Below, one piece after another: positions 38,650 through 50,133 of a DNA stretch of 64,000 bases. The stretch is from Octopus sinensis (lineage: Eukaryota), in the NCBI RefSeq assembly GCF_006345805.1, contig NC_043018.1, positions 19,344,001 to 19,408,000 on the forward strand, written 5' to 3'. The notes beneath the pieces are model-generated. The model was not told the DNA's origin and did not search any database. It saw only the letters and a list, made by a program, of their open reading frames with translations. Position 1 is the stretch's first letter, and each line of letters begins with the position of its first letter. The translations under genes were made by a program, and so were the position numbers.

Positions 38650-38845
38650 TAAGCACATGTATATATACATATGTATATACGCATGTATATATATATAATA
38701 CATATATATATTATATATATATATTATATGTATATATGTATATATATGTATGTATATGTATACGAATATATGTGTGTATATATGTGTGTGTCTATATACA
38801 CACACACACATATTTATATATATATATATATATAATATATATACA

Positions 38846-38876
<31 letters not shown>

Positions 38877-39105
38877 GTATATATACATATATATATATAT
38901 GTTATATACATATGTATGTATGTATATATATATATATATATACTTACATACATATGTGTGTATATATATTATATATATAATATAATATATATATACTTTA
39001 TATATAATATAATATATATACTTTATATATATATACACATATATACATATATATGATGATGATATATTATGATATATATATTTGTATGTATATATATACA
39101 TGTAA

Positions 39106-39137
<32 letters not shown>

Positions 39138-39202
39138 ATGTATATATGTACTCGCATTCATACATATGTATATAAATTTACACACTCACACACACACACA
39201 CA

Positions 39203-39240
<38 letters not shown>

Positions 39241-39620
39241 CATACATACATACATACATATGTATATATACATATATATATATGTATATATACATATGTA
39301 TGTATGTATATATATATATATATATACTTACATACATATGTGTGTATATATATTATATATATAATATAATATATATATACTTATATATATAATATATATA
39401 CTTTTATATATATATACACATATATACATATATATGATGATGATATATTATGATATATATATTTGTATGTATATATATACATGTAAATATATATATATAT
39501 ATATGTATGTATGTATATGTATATATGTACTCGCATTCATACATATGTATATAAATTTACACACTCACACACACACACACATGCACACATATGCACACAT
39601 ACATATGTATATTATGCATA
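38650..39620. repeat. (TA)n-rich block with a ~380-bp tandem duplication
   Basis: GTACTCGCATTCATACATATGTATATAAATTTACACACTC occurs at ~39148 and ~39527. Confidence 0.9.
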
Positions 39621-39701
39621 AATATATATGCAGGTATGTTTGTCTATTTATATCCATATTTTCATGTATCTATATTTTAATCTATCTCTCTGTTTCTCCT
39701 C

Positions 39702-39745
<44 letters not shown>

Positions 39746-40159
39746 GTGAGTGTGTTTTTTCTGGAAAGACATATTCTTATCTGTCTCCTCTTTTCTCTTG
39801 TCAAAGACAATATTCCTCCAGCGTTCGTTACCTTACCTCGTCTGGCCTAATGGTCCTCTATGTTTGTTCCTATTTGGTTTATTGTATCTCTCCAGTGTCC
39901 TGTTTTTGCTACCAGCTTTGACCTTCCACAAATCCTAAATTCTGTTTTGGTTCGCCAGAGCAACTGCCCTTCGAGGCCTCATATTGTCGTTAATTGCTCG
40001 AAATGAGGAGCAGACGAACATCTGACAACTGATAAAGGGTCGTTCTTTATGTTACTTGTCTTGTTTTCCATTTGTTTCTTTCGTTGTTTGCATACCCAAG
40101 TTTGTCTTCGTATTTTATGTTGTTTACGTTTTGTGACGTCCTGTATCCATATATGTATA

Positions 40160-40464
40160 TCTTTATAAATAAAACTGAAGTTGTGTGAGAGTCTGTCTCC
40201 TCTGATTTAGATTCCTATCTACTCCCACATTTTGCGGTGCAGTTTAACCAAAAGCGGGTATCTTATTGTCGGGATTCATATCGAGCCTTTCTGGGTATTA
40301 GCACGCGTCTACAATGAGTCTACGATTTAAAAAAAAATTTACCATCATTTTTTCGGATTTTTAATGCATTTTTTGCTCAGTTTATATAAGGGAAGTAACT
40401 CTCTAAAAATGCTTATATAGTTATTTCCCTTACAAACCCAAGCAACGCTAGGCGATACTGCTAG
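40160..40464 (+). mobile_element. Complete-looking non-autonomous Helitron (~305 bp)
   Basis: A|TC 5' end at 40159/40160, subterminal hairpin remnant CCCA-AGCAACGC-TAGG, CTAG|T 3' end at 40461-40464. Inserted between A and T with no TSD. Confidence 0.75.
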
Positions 40465-40753
40465 TATATATATATATATATATATATAGCACCAGGTGGT
40501 GCTATTAAGTTAGACATGGCCTGGGCCAATAATGGCCGAAACCTATCAAAGTATCAAAGTATCAAAGTATATATATAAATACATATATATATATACATAT
40601 ATATATGTATACATATATGTATGTATGTACATATATGTATGCATATATGTATGTATGTACATATATGTATGCATATATGTATGTATGTACATATATGTAT
40701 ACATATATGCATAAATATTTATTCTATTTATATTGTTATATGTATGTATGTTT

Positions 40754-41832
40754 GTAGTGAAGAATTCCGGGTAGAGGTTGGGGTCCACCAAGGTTCAGTC
40801 CTCAGTCCCCTCCTATTTATCATAGTCCTCCAGGCAATAACGGAGGAATTCAAGACAGGTTGCCCCTGGGAGCTCCTCTATGCTGATGACCTTGCTCTAA
40901 TTGCTGAGTCACTATCAGAACTGGAGGAGAAGTTTCAGGTGTGGAAACAAGGATTAGAATCGAAGGGCCTTAGAATCAACCTAGCCAAAACCAAAGTCCT
41001 AATAAGTAGGAAGGTAGATCAATCACAAACGCCTTCAGGTAGATGGCCCTGCTCGATCTGTAAAAAAGGTGTAGGTAGAAACTCTATAAGATGCACCAAG
41101 TGTAAGCTATGGACACATAAGAGGTGCAGCAATGTCAAAGGAAGGCTAACTAGGAAAATAGTTTTTGTCTGTGGCAAATGCTTAGGAGCAATAAACACTG
41201 GAAATGTGCAGAGACCAACTTCTGCCACTTTCCAGGGAGACAAACTAGAAGTAGTTGATAGCTTCCGCTACCTAGGAGACCAAGTCAGTAGCGGGGGTGG
41301 GAGTGCTGAAAGTGTAACTGCTAGAGTAAGAATAGCCTGGGCAAAGTTTAGAGAGCTCTTACCCCTGCTGGTGACAAAAGGCCTCTCGCTCAGAGTAAAA
41401 GGCAGACTGTATGATGCATGTGTACGTACAGCCATGCTACATGGTAGTGAAACATGGGCCGTGACTGCTGAGGATATGCGTAAGCTCGCAAGAAATGAAG
41501 CCAGTATGCTCCGATGGATGTGTAATGTCAGTGTTCATAATCGTCAGAGTGTAAGTTCCTTGAGAGAAAAGTTGAACCTAAGAAGCGTCAGTTGTGGTGT
41601 GCAAGAGAGACGGCTGCGCTGGTATGGTCATGTGACGAGAAAGGCTGAAGATAGTTGTGTGCAAAAGTGCTACACCCTAGCAGTTGAGGGAACCTGTGGA
41701 AGAGGTAGACCCAGGAAAACCTGGGACGAGGTGGTGAAGCACGACCTTCGAACTTTAGGTCTCACTAAGGAAATGTCTAGAGACCGAGACCTATGGAAGT
41801 ATGCTGTGCGTGAGAAGACCCGGCAAGACTAG
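40754..41832 (+). pseudogene. RTE reverse transcriptase C-terminal ~360 codons (stop-free but 5'-truncated) with an inserted PHD-type finger
   Basis: GVHQGSVLSPLLF, LLYADDL, GLRINLAKTKV, FRYLG, LHGSETW, RRLRWYGHV and RGRPRKTW motifs. The listed ORF start at 40621 lies in microsatellite and is not real. Confidence 0.92.
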
Positions 41833-44388
41833 TCAGGCCATAACCCGTGGCCCCTACCTGGGACGTAGTCAGTCCACCTGTGCATACCTTCCTTCTTGTG
41901 ACACTTATGAAGACCTGTTGAGGCAAGTGAAAATCAAATCAAAACAAATCAAAATAGATGAACATCAATGGAATTGTATCTTTGTGGTACCAGTGCTGGT
42001 GGCACACAAGAAAACCACCCGAACGTTGCCGTGTAGCCAGTACCGCATCGACTGGCCTCCGTGCTGTGGGCACAACAAACACCATCCGATCGTGGCCGTT
42101 CGCCAGCCTCATCTGGCACCTGTGTCGGTGGCACATAAAAACACCACCCGAAGACCCGGCGACGTAGTCAGTCCACCTGTGCATACCTTCCCTCTTATGA
42201 CACTTGTGAAGACCTGCTGAGGCAGTGTGTGACACTTGTGAAGACCTGTTGAGGCAGAGGCAAGTGTGTGACACTTTGTGAAGACCTGTTGAGGCAGAGG
42301 CAAGTGTGTGACACTTGTGGAGACCTGTTGAGGCAAGTGTGTGACACTTGTGAAGACCTGTTGAGGCAAGTGAAAATCAAATCAACCAAATCAAAATAGA
42401 TGACATCAATGGAATTTGTATCTTTGTGGTACCAGTACCGGTGGCACACAAAAACCATCCGAACGTGGCCGTAGCCAGTACCGCATCGACTGGCCTCCGT
42501 GCTGTGGGCACAACAAACACCATCCGATCGTGGCCGTTCGCCAGCCTCAACTGGCACCTGTGTCGGTGGCACATAAAAACACCATCCGAAGACCCGGCGA
42601 CGTAGTCAGTCCACCTGTGCATACCTTCCTTCTTATGACACTTGTGAAGACCTGTTGAGGCAAGTGTGTGACACTTGTGAAGACCTGTTGAGGCAGAGGC
42701 AAGTGTGTGACACTTTGTGAAGACCTGTTGAGGCAGAGGCAAGTGTGTGACACTTGTGAAGACCTGTTGAGGCAAGTGAAAATCAAAATCAAATCAAACC
42801 AAATCAAAATAGATGAACATCAATGGAATTTGTATCCTTGTGGTACCAGTACCGGTGGCACACAAGAAAACCATCCGAACGTGGCCGTAGCCAGTACCGC
42901 ATCGACTGGCCTCTGTGATGTGGGCACATAACAAACACCATCCGATCGTGGTGGCCCCTACCTGGGACGTAGTCAGTCCACCTGTGCATACCTTCCTTCT
43001 TGTGACACTTGTGAAGACCTGTTGAGGCAAATGAAAATCAACAAATCAACAAAATTAAAAAATCAAAACAAATCAAAATAGATGAACATCAATGGAATCT
43101 GTATCTCTGTGGTACCAGTGCCGGGGCACACAAGAAAACCATCCGAACGTGGCTGTAGCCAGTACCGCATCGACTGGCCTCCGTGCTGTGGGCACATAAC
43201 AAACGCCATACGATCGTGGCCGTTCGCCAGCCTCATCTGGCACCTGTCCGAAGACCCGGCAAGACTAGTCAGGCCATAGCCCATGGCCCCTTCCTGGGAC
43301 ATAGTCAGTCCACCTGTGCATACCTTCCTTCTTATGACACTTGTGAAGACCTGTTGAGACAAGTGCTAATCAAATCAAATGACACTTGTGAAGACCTGTT
43401 GAGGCAAGTGCTAATCAAATCAAATGACACTTGTGAAGACCTGTTGAGGCAAGTGATAATAATAATAATAATAATCATAATCAAATCAAATCAAAATAGA
43501 TGAACATCAATGGAATTTGTATCTTTGTGGTACCAATGCCGGTGGCACACAAGAAAACCATCCGAACGTGGCCGTAGCCAGTACCACATCGACTGGCCTC
43601 CGTGCTGTGGGCACGTAACAAACACCATCCGATCGTGGCCGTTCGCCAGCCTCATCTGGCACCTGTGTTGGTGGCACATAAAAACACCATCCAAAGACCC
43701 GGCAAGACTAGTCAGGCCATAACCCGTGGCCCCTACCTGGGACGTAGTCAGTCTACCTGTGCATACCTTCCTTCTTATGACACTTGTGAAGACCTGTTGA
43801 GGCAAGTATGTGACACTTGTGAAGACCTGTTGAGGCAAGTGTGTGACAGTTGTGAAGACCTGTTGAGGCAAGTGAAAATCAAACCAAATCAAAATAGATG
43901 AACATCAATGGAATTTGTATCTTTGTGGTACCAGTGCCGGTGGCACACAAGAAAACCATCCGAACGTGGCCGTAGCCAGTACCGCATCGACTGGCCTCCG
44001 TGCTGTGGGCACGTAACAAACACCATCCGATCGTGGCCGTTCACCAGCCTCATCTGGCACTTGTGTTGGTGGCACATAAAAACACCATCCGAGCGTGGCC
44101 GTCTGCCAGCCTCGTCTGGCACCTGTGTCGGTGGCACATAAAAAAAAAAAAAAACACCATCCGAGCGTGGCCGTTCGTCAGCCTCGTCTGGCACCTGTGT
44201 CGGTGGCACATAAAATCACCCACTACACTCTCGGAGTGGTTGGCGTTAGGAAGGGCATCCAGCTGTAGAAACACTGCCAGATCTGACTGGCCTGGTACAG
44301 CCTTCGGGCTCCCCAGACTGCAGTTGAACCGTCCAACCCATGCTAGCATGGAAAGCGGACGTTAAATGAGGATGATGGATGATGATGA
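40754..44388 (+). mobile_element. 5'-truncated RTE-clade LINE with multimerised 3' UTR and (GAT)n tail
   Basis: RT ORF segment, stop at 41830-41832, six UTR modules, terminal CCATGCTAGCATGGAAAGCGGACGTTAAATGAGGATGATG. Confidence 0.92.
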
Positions 44389-44804
44389 TATATATATATA
44401 TTCTCCTGCTTTTAATAATTCAATTTCTTCTTCTGAGTCAGGAGTGAATTTTTAGCAAAGCTACAAAGCTCCATCATTGGAGTGCGAGTAGCAAAAACAA
44501 AATCGCATTTTAAACTTGGAAAAGTCTCGCATATTTTTACTGTTCCATTTACAGATTATAAATGTAATGGTTTTGAGTCAGATAACCAAATTACACACAC
44601 TAAGGTCACTAAAGCTTTTATCACTGTTCCCTGTTTGATTTCTGACAATCGCAAATCTCTTCCAGTCTTCTTTCTTCCCTCCCATATCTCTTCTCCTCTC
44701 TTATTTTTCTTCCTTTCCCTCTTCTATTTCTTCCTTACTCTTTCCCTTTGTTCATCTTCTCCAGTTCATCACTTCCTTTTTCCCTCTTTATCTTTCTTCC
44801 ATTC

Positions 44805-44836
<32 letters not shown>

Positions 44837-44855
44837 TTATTTATTTTATAGAAGG

Positions 44856-44906
44856 AGCTTCTACAGGACTAGAACTATTTCATTCAAATGAAATCATCAG
44901 GAAGCT
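44856..44906 (-). ncRNA. Type I hammerhead ribozyme motif (Penelope-like element remnant)
   Basis: Minus strand: AGCUUC-CUGAUGA-U-UUC-AUUU-GAA-U-GAAA-UAG-UUCUAGUC-CUG-UA-GAAGCU. 6-bp stem I, intact core, GUA site; U.U at the base of stem II. Confidence 0.7.
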
Positions 44907-44912
44907 TGCTGT

Positions 44913-44945
<33 letters not shown>

Positions 44946-44948
<3 letters not shown>

Positions 44949-45148
44949 ACTTTATTTCAAAGCAGCAGAAAATTCAACAAAACCTGTTACTCTGGGTTTC
45001 ACATTCCCATTCGTCGGACAGTTTTTGCTAGAATAGAACTGATATGCCATATCGATTCTATTCTAGCAAAAACTGTCCGATGAACGGGAACGTGAAACTC
45101 AGAGTAACAGGTTTTGTTGAATTTTCTGCTGCTTTGAAATAAAGCATA
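44946..45148. repeat. ~101-bp-arm inverted repeat centred on 45047
   Basis: Arms pair without indels, with about 7 mismatches, mostly transitions. Confidence 0.95.
45068..45115 (+). ncRNA. Minimal type I hammerhead ribozyme motif (U4C core variant)
   Basis: AAAAACUGU-CCGAUGA-ACG-GGAA-CGU-GAAA-CUC-A-GAG-UA-ACAGGUUUU. Predicted cleavage after GUA at 45106. The mirror copy on the minus strand is at 44979-45026. Confidence 0.7.
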
Positions 45149-45220
45149 TTACTCTACCCCTGGTACTCTTTTTTCCACCTTGTTTTTCCACCTTGTTTCA
45201 CATTTATGTGTTTACTCCGG

Positions 45221-46296
45221 TAAGCATCAGTTGTGGTGTGCAAGAGAGACGATTGCGCTGGTATGGTCATGTGGCGAGAATGGATGAAGATAGGTGTGTG
45301 AGAAAGTGCCAATCCCTAGCAGTTGAGGGAACCCGTGGAAGAGGTAGACCCAGGAAAACCTGGGACGAGGTGGTGAAGCACGACCTTCGAACTTTAGGCC
45401 TCACTGAGGAAATGACCAGAGACCGAGACCTTTGGAAATATTCTGTACGTGAGAAGACCAGGCAGGACAAGTGAGCCCAGCCCACTTATGAATGCCTTTC
45501 CTCCCTTGGACACAAAGACCGGTTGAGGCAAGCGAAGTCGATATAGAACCTCATCCGACGACAGACACCCATCCCAACCCCCCATGCTTGCGAAGACATG
45601 TTGGGGCAAGCGAAATCGAAATCGAAATCGAAACCGAATTGAACCAGCCAGGATCCCTGGCCTGGTGGTACGTAAAAAGCACTATCCGACTCGGGGCCGT
45701 GGCACGTAAAATACTCCAATGCGACCGTACGACAGGCACCCATGCCAACCCCCTTTGCTTGTGAAGACATGTTGGGGCAAGCGAAATCGAAATCGAATTG
45801 AACCAGCCAGGATCCCTGGTCTGGTGGTACGTAAAAAGCACTATCCGACTCGTGGCCGTGGCACGTAAAATACTCCAATGCGACCGTACGACAGGCACCC
45901 TTGCCAACCCCCTTTGCTTGTGAAGACATGTTGGGGCAAGCGAAATCGAAATCGAATTGAACCAGCCAGGATCCCTGGTCTGGTGGTACGTAAAAAGCAC
46001 TATCCGACTCGTGGCCGATGCCAGCACCGCCTCGACTGGCTTCCGTGCCGGTGGCACATAAAATACACCAATCTGACCGTGGCCGTTGCCAGCCCCGCCT
46101 GGCACCTGTGCAGGTGGCACGTAAAAAGAACCCACTACACTCACGGAGTGGTTGGCGTTAGGAAGGGCATCCAGCTGTAGAAACATTGCCAAATTAGACT
46201 GGAGCCTGGTGCAGCCTTCTGGCTTCCCAGAACCCCGGTCGAACCGTCCAACCCATGCTAGCATGGAGAACGGACGTTAAACGACGATGATGATGA

Positions 46297-46300
<4 letters not shown>
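45221..46300 (+). mobile_element. Short 5'-truncated RTE LINE (ORF end, 3' UTR with three ~175-bp repeats, (GAT)n tail)
   Basis: ISCGVQERRLRWYGHVARM..RGRPRKTWDEVVKHDLRTLGLT..REKTRQDK* closely matches 41585-41832. Confidence 0.9.
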
Positions 46301-46342
<42 letters not shown>

Positions 46343-46552
46343 GGCAAGATCCTATTGTATTTCTACCAGAGCAATATGTTTGGAATGTGACCAGCTGTGT
46401 GTTAATGGGTGTGTATGTTGCTATGAATGTCTTAAAAAGGAATTAAGATTTTCCTTCTTTTTAGTGTATGTAGGTTTGAGCTGTGTTTTCTTTTGATATC
46501 TTCTTTTGTGTGTCGGTGTGTGTGTGTATATGTGTGTGTTTGTGTGTGTGCA

Positions 46553-46601
<49 letters not shown>

Positions 46602-47010
46602 GGGTAATGGTGTCAATAAGACTCAAAAGTGTCATAGACAAAGAGAGGGAGAAAGAGCAGTTAAAGCCAAACTCCAACATGTTGAATGGCTGTTGTTTTT
46701 TAAAAATAAAAACTAAAATATAAACAAACAGTCTTTTCTCCTTGGTGTGAAAATGATGCAAGGTGGGTGAAATAAACGAAGTCTATTTTATTAGTTACTG
46801 TGGTCAATACAAAATTAGTTTCATGATTAATGTTCAAACAAAACAAATCAACTTTAACAACATTAACTTAATTTACAAGCACATTTCCTGATCTTCAGTC
46901 GTATACACCATATTTTAAGAAAAAATATAAATAACAATAAAATATATTTACCTTCATTTATCCACACACACCTATATATATATATTGGAAAAAATATTTA
47001 AGAATTGATA

Positions 47011-47375
47011 AGAAGGAGTGGCTGTGTGGTAAGTAGCTTGCTTACCAACCACACAGTTCCGGGTTCAGTCCCACTGCGTGGCACCTTGGGCAAGTGTCTT
47101 CTGCTATCGCCTCGGGCCAGCCAATGCCTTGTGAGTGGATTTGGTAGACGGAAACTGAAAGAAGCCTGTCATATATATATGTATATATATGTATGTGTGT
47201 GTGTATATGTTTGTCCCCCTAGCATTGCTTGACAACCGATGCTGGTGTGTTTACGTCCCCGTCACTTAGCAGTTCAGCAAAAGAGACCGATAGAATAAGT
47301 ACTAGGCTTACAAAGAATAAGTCCCAGGGTCGATTTGCTCGACTAAAGGCAGTGCTCCAGCATAGCCGCAGTCAA
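47011..47375 (+). mobile_element. SINE family A
   Basis: Head, internal microsatellite and tail as in the other copies. Confidence 0.85.
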
Positions 47376-47588
47376 AGGAGAAAGAGAAAGAGAAAGTATT
47401 TTCCAAAGCAATAGTATGTATAATTTTTTTTTAGATATCCATTCTTATTTATTGGTTGGTAGAGGTTGGTTCCATATTTAATTGTGGTTTATACTTGTTA
47501 ATAAATTGGACTTTCTTTATTTAGCTTTTGTTAGTTGAAAGAATCTGACCGCTTGTACAGGAGAAAGATTTTGAAATATCTGTTGGTG

Positions 47589-47619
<31 letters not shown>

Positions 47620-47675
47620 TGTATGTATGTATGTATTTATCTATGTATGTATGTAAGTATGTATGTATCAGTGTA

Positions 47676-48885
47676 TTGGGTCAGCCCATAAATAATGTGG
47701 GTTTTTTTTATACTTCTTTTACTTTTCAAAATTAAGATAAACAAAGTTCATATTTAATCCGAAGTATACTCTCCTTCATTTTCTACAATGCTTTTCCATC
47801 TCAAGGCCCCTCTTCCAAAATTCACTTGTCCATGATGAAAAATACTCCTCCAGTACTGTACAGAATTCATATTTTTTCCTTCCAAATGAATTTGAAGACT
47901 ACAGAATAAATGGTAATCAGATGGGGCAATGTCCAGCGAATATGGTGGGTGGGGCATCATTTCCCATTCAAACTGCTCCAGCATTTGGAATGTCATCCAC
48001 GCTGTATGTGACCGAGCATTATCCTAACAGGAGAACACCTTTCGTCTTGAAACCAAAGATGGTTGTTTTTCTTCCAGTGCTGACTTAAGCTGCTCTAGCT
48101 GCTCATAGTAGATCCTCTTTGTTATCGTTTGGTTAGATTCAAAGTGAACTAAACCTTTCATATCCTATCAAACAGATAACAACTTATGTGGGTAAAGACC
48201 TTCTTTCGCCTGGGATGCCAGTATCTCTCCTTTCCCTATGCACTGTCTTTGGCACTTGACATTTTTATAGAGATCCCATTTCTCATCACCAGTCACTATT
48301 CTGTCCCAAAAAGGTTCATTCATGAAACATGGCAGCAAAGAAGGGCACACATTCACTCTCTGCACGCAATTAAACTCGGAAAGTTTTTGAGGAACCCATT
48401 GACCCAATTCGGTGACTTTTCTGATTGACCAAACCCTAGCTTCTCTGGTAGTTCCTCAACAGTGAGGTGGAATTTTGTTCCACCAGGGTTTATAAGACAT
48501 CCTCATCATGCTCTACAGATCTTCCAGGATGTGGCTAATCTTCTAGGCTGTAGTTTCCAGCTTGGAATTTCTGGAACCACTGTTGACACTGGCTTACAAT
48601 TATTGTCTGATCCCCATATACAGCGTTAATATTCCTCACACTCCCCATTGTGTTGTCTTTATTGAACTCATAAAGCAAAACATGCCCAATATTCTCCTTT
48701 GTCACTTCTATTATAACTTTGAAAAAAATAAAATTGCACTCTTCAAAATTTGCACTAAGAATAAGTACAAAGGTAAATTTACTCCCTGCTTTTATAGCAA
48801 GTTGATGCAGGTAGTTTATCCCTTCCTCCTCTAACTTTTAGTTCATGCAGTTGAAAAATCTGCATTATTTATGGGATGACCCACT
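47676..48885 (-). mobile_element. Decayed mariner (DD34D) DNA transposon, ~1.2 kb
   Basis: TIRs TA|TTGGGTCAGCCCATAAATAATG and CATTATTTATGGGATGACCCAC, inserted in a (TATG)n context. Confidence 0.9.
47754..48711 (-). pseudogene. Mariner transposase pseudogene
   Basis: (M>I)EVTKENIGHVLLYEFNK N-terminus, WVPQKL (WVPHEL motif), RIVTGDEKW, PHPPYSLDIAPSDYHLF (YSPDLAPSD motif). Multiple stops and frameshifts. Confidence 0.9.
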
Positions 48886-48992
48886 TATGTATGTATGTTT
48901 GTTTCAAAATTGTACAAAAAAACAGAAAAAAGTGACAGTTGAGAGGAAATAACAGAGTGTATTAGTTTGTTGTTCAGGAAAAAATGGAAAGG

Positions 48993-49029
48993 TTTTTGAT
49001 GTTTTGAGCCTGTGCTCTTCTACAGAAAG
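48993..49029 (-). ncRNA. Degenerate minimal hammerhead-like motif (probably inactive)
   Basis: Minus strand: UUU-CUGUAGAA-GAGC-ACAG-GCUC-AAAAC-AUC-AAAA. Two CpG-to-CpA changes would convert GCUC-GAAAC-GUC into the observed sequence. The core is non-canonical. Confidence 0.4.
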
Positions 49030-50133
49030 CAATGAGGAAAGAAATATGTCTGGATTAATGGTTCCACATGTCGAACATGTATGTGTACACACACATAACT
49101 ACACACACACATAAATACACACATCCATCCATATATCTACACATGCATACATGCATACATACATGCATGCATACATGGATACATACTTGCATACATACAT
49201 TCATACATACATGCATCCATCCATCCATACATAGATACATGCATACATACATACATACATACATACATACATACATACATACATACATACATACATACAT
49301 GTCTAAGCTTCCTGAAAAGGCCTAGTAAGCAGGGACCACTGAAATGTAACCAAACTTCACACCGTTTCTGTCTCGAAACAATGAGGAAGAATCTGACACT
49401 CCTTACCTCACCACATTAACTATTTCCTATTTTTAATTAATTGAAACTCTTGTACATCAACTCATTAGTTGCCACCCCAATTAAAGAATTCATACTCACC
49501 ACATTAATTACTTTAGCACATAATTATTCACAAATTAGGAATAGCTTGAAGAAAGTGTGAGAGTTTCATTGCCGAACAGAGGTAAACGTGTTGAAGTGTG
49601 TTGTCCAAATTAGCGTTCATTGTCTGGCACCTGACTGAAATAAATGTTCGTTATTGAAGAAAACAACGATACCTTGAAGTGTGAGAGTTTGGTCATTTAA
49701 TGAAGGCCAATAAATCTCAGTTGAATTTATTGTAAACCAACTAGCTGTAAATTGTTTTATAACTGAGTCTAAATGTCTAACAACATTGTAATTAATTATT
49801 GTTAATCACTAGCTAATTATCCTAATAAGAAAAACTTATTTACATGATTTGTGCTCGAGATAATTGCAGTGGTGTGCGTTAAAAACATAAACAGAAAAAT
49901 AATAAGTCAAATAAATAAATAAATAAAATGATAAATTTGAAGTTTTGGAATAAATAAACATTTTACTCCATTCAAGACATTTCAATTCTATAGGCATTAT
50001 GATATGTTGTGCGGAGGAAAACAAGTAAGTAAATATATATATATATATAGATAGATACACAGACACATGCATATACACACATATAAAATGTGTGTATATA
50101 TATATATATTTATATATAAATATATATTTATAT

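Noticed and set aside
40520-40565. GGCC-AATAAT-GGCC-GAAAC..GTA as a hammerhead
   Set aside because: Only the 3' half is present, with no CUGANGA and no stem I. At most a truncated relic.
41910-41940. CTGTTGA-GGCAAGT-GAAA in the RTE UTR repeats as a hammerhead core
   Set aside because: A6 is missing and I cannot form stems I and III or find a properly placed NUH.
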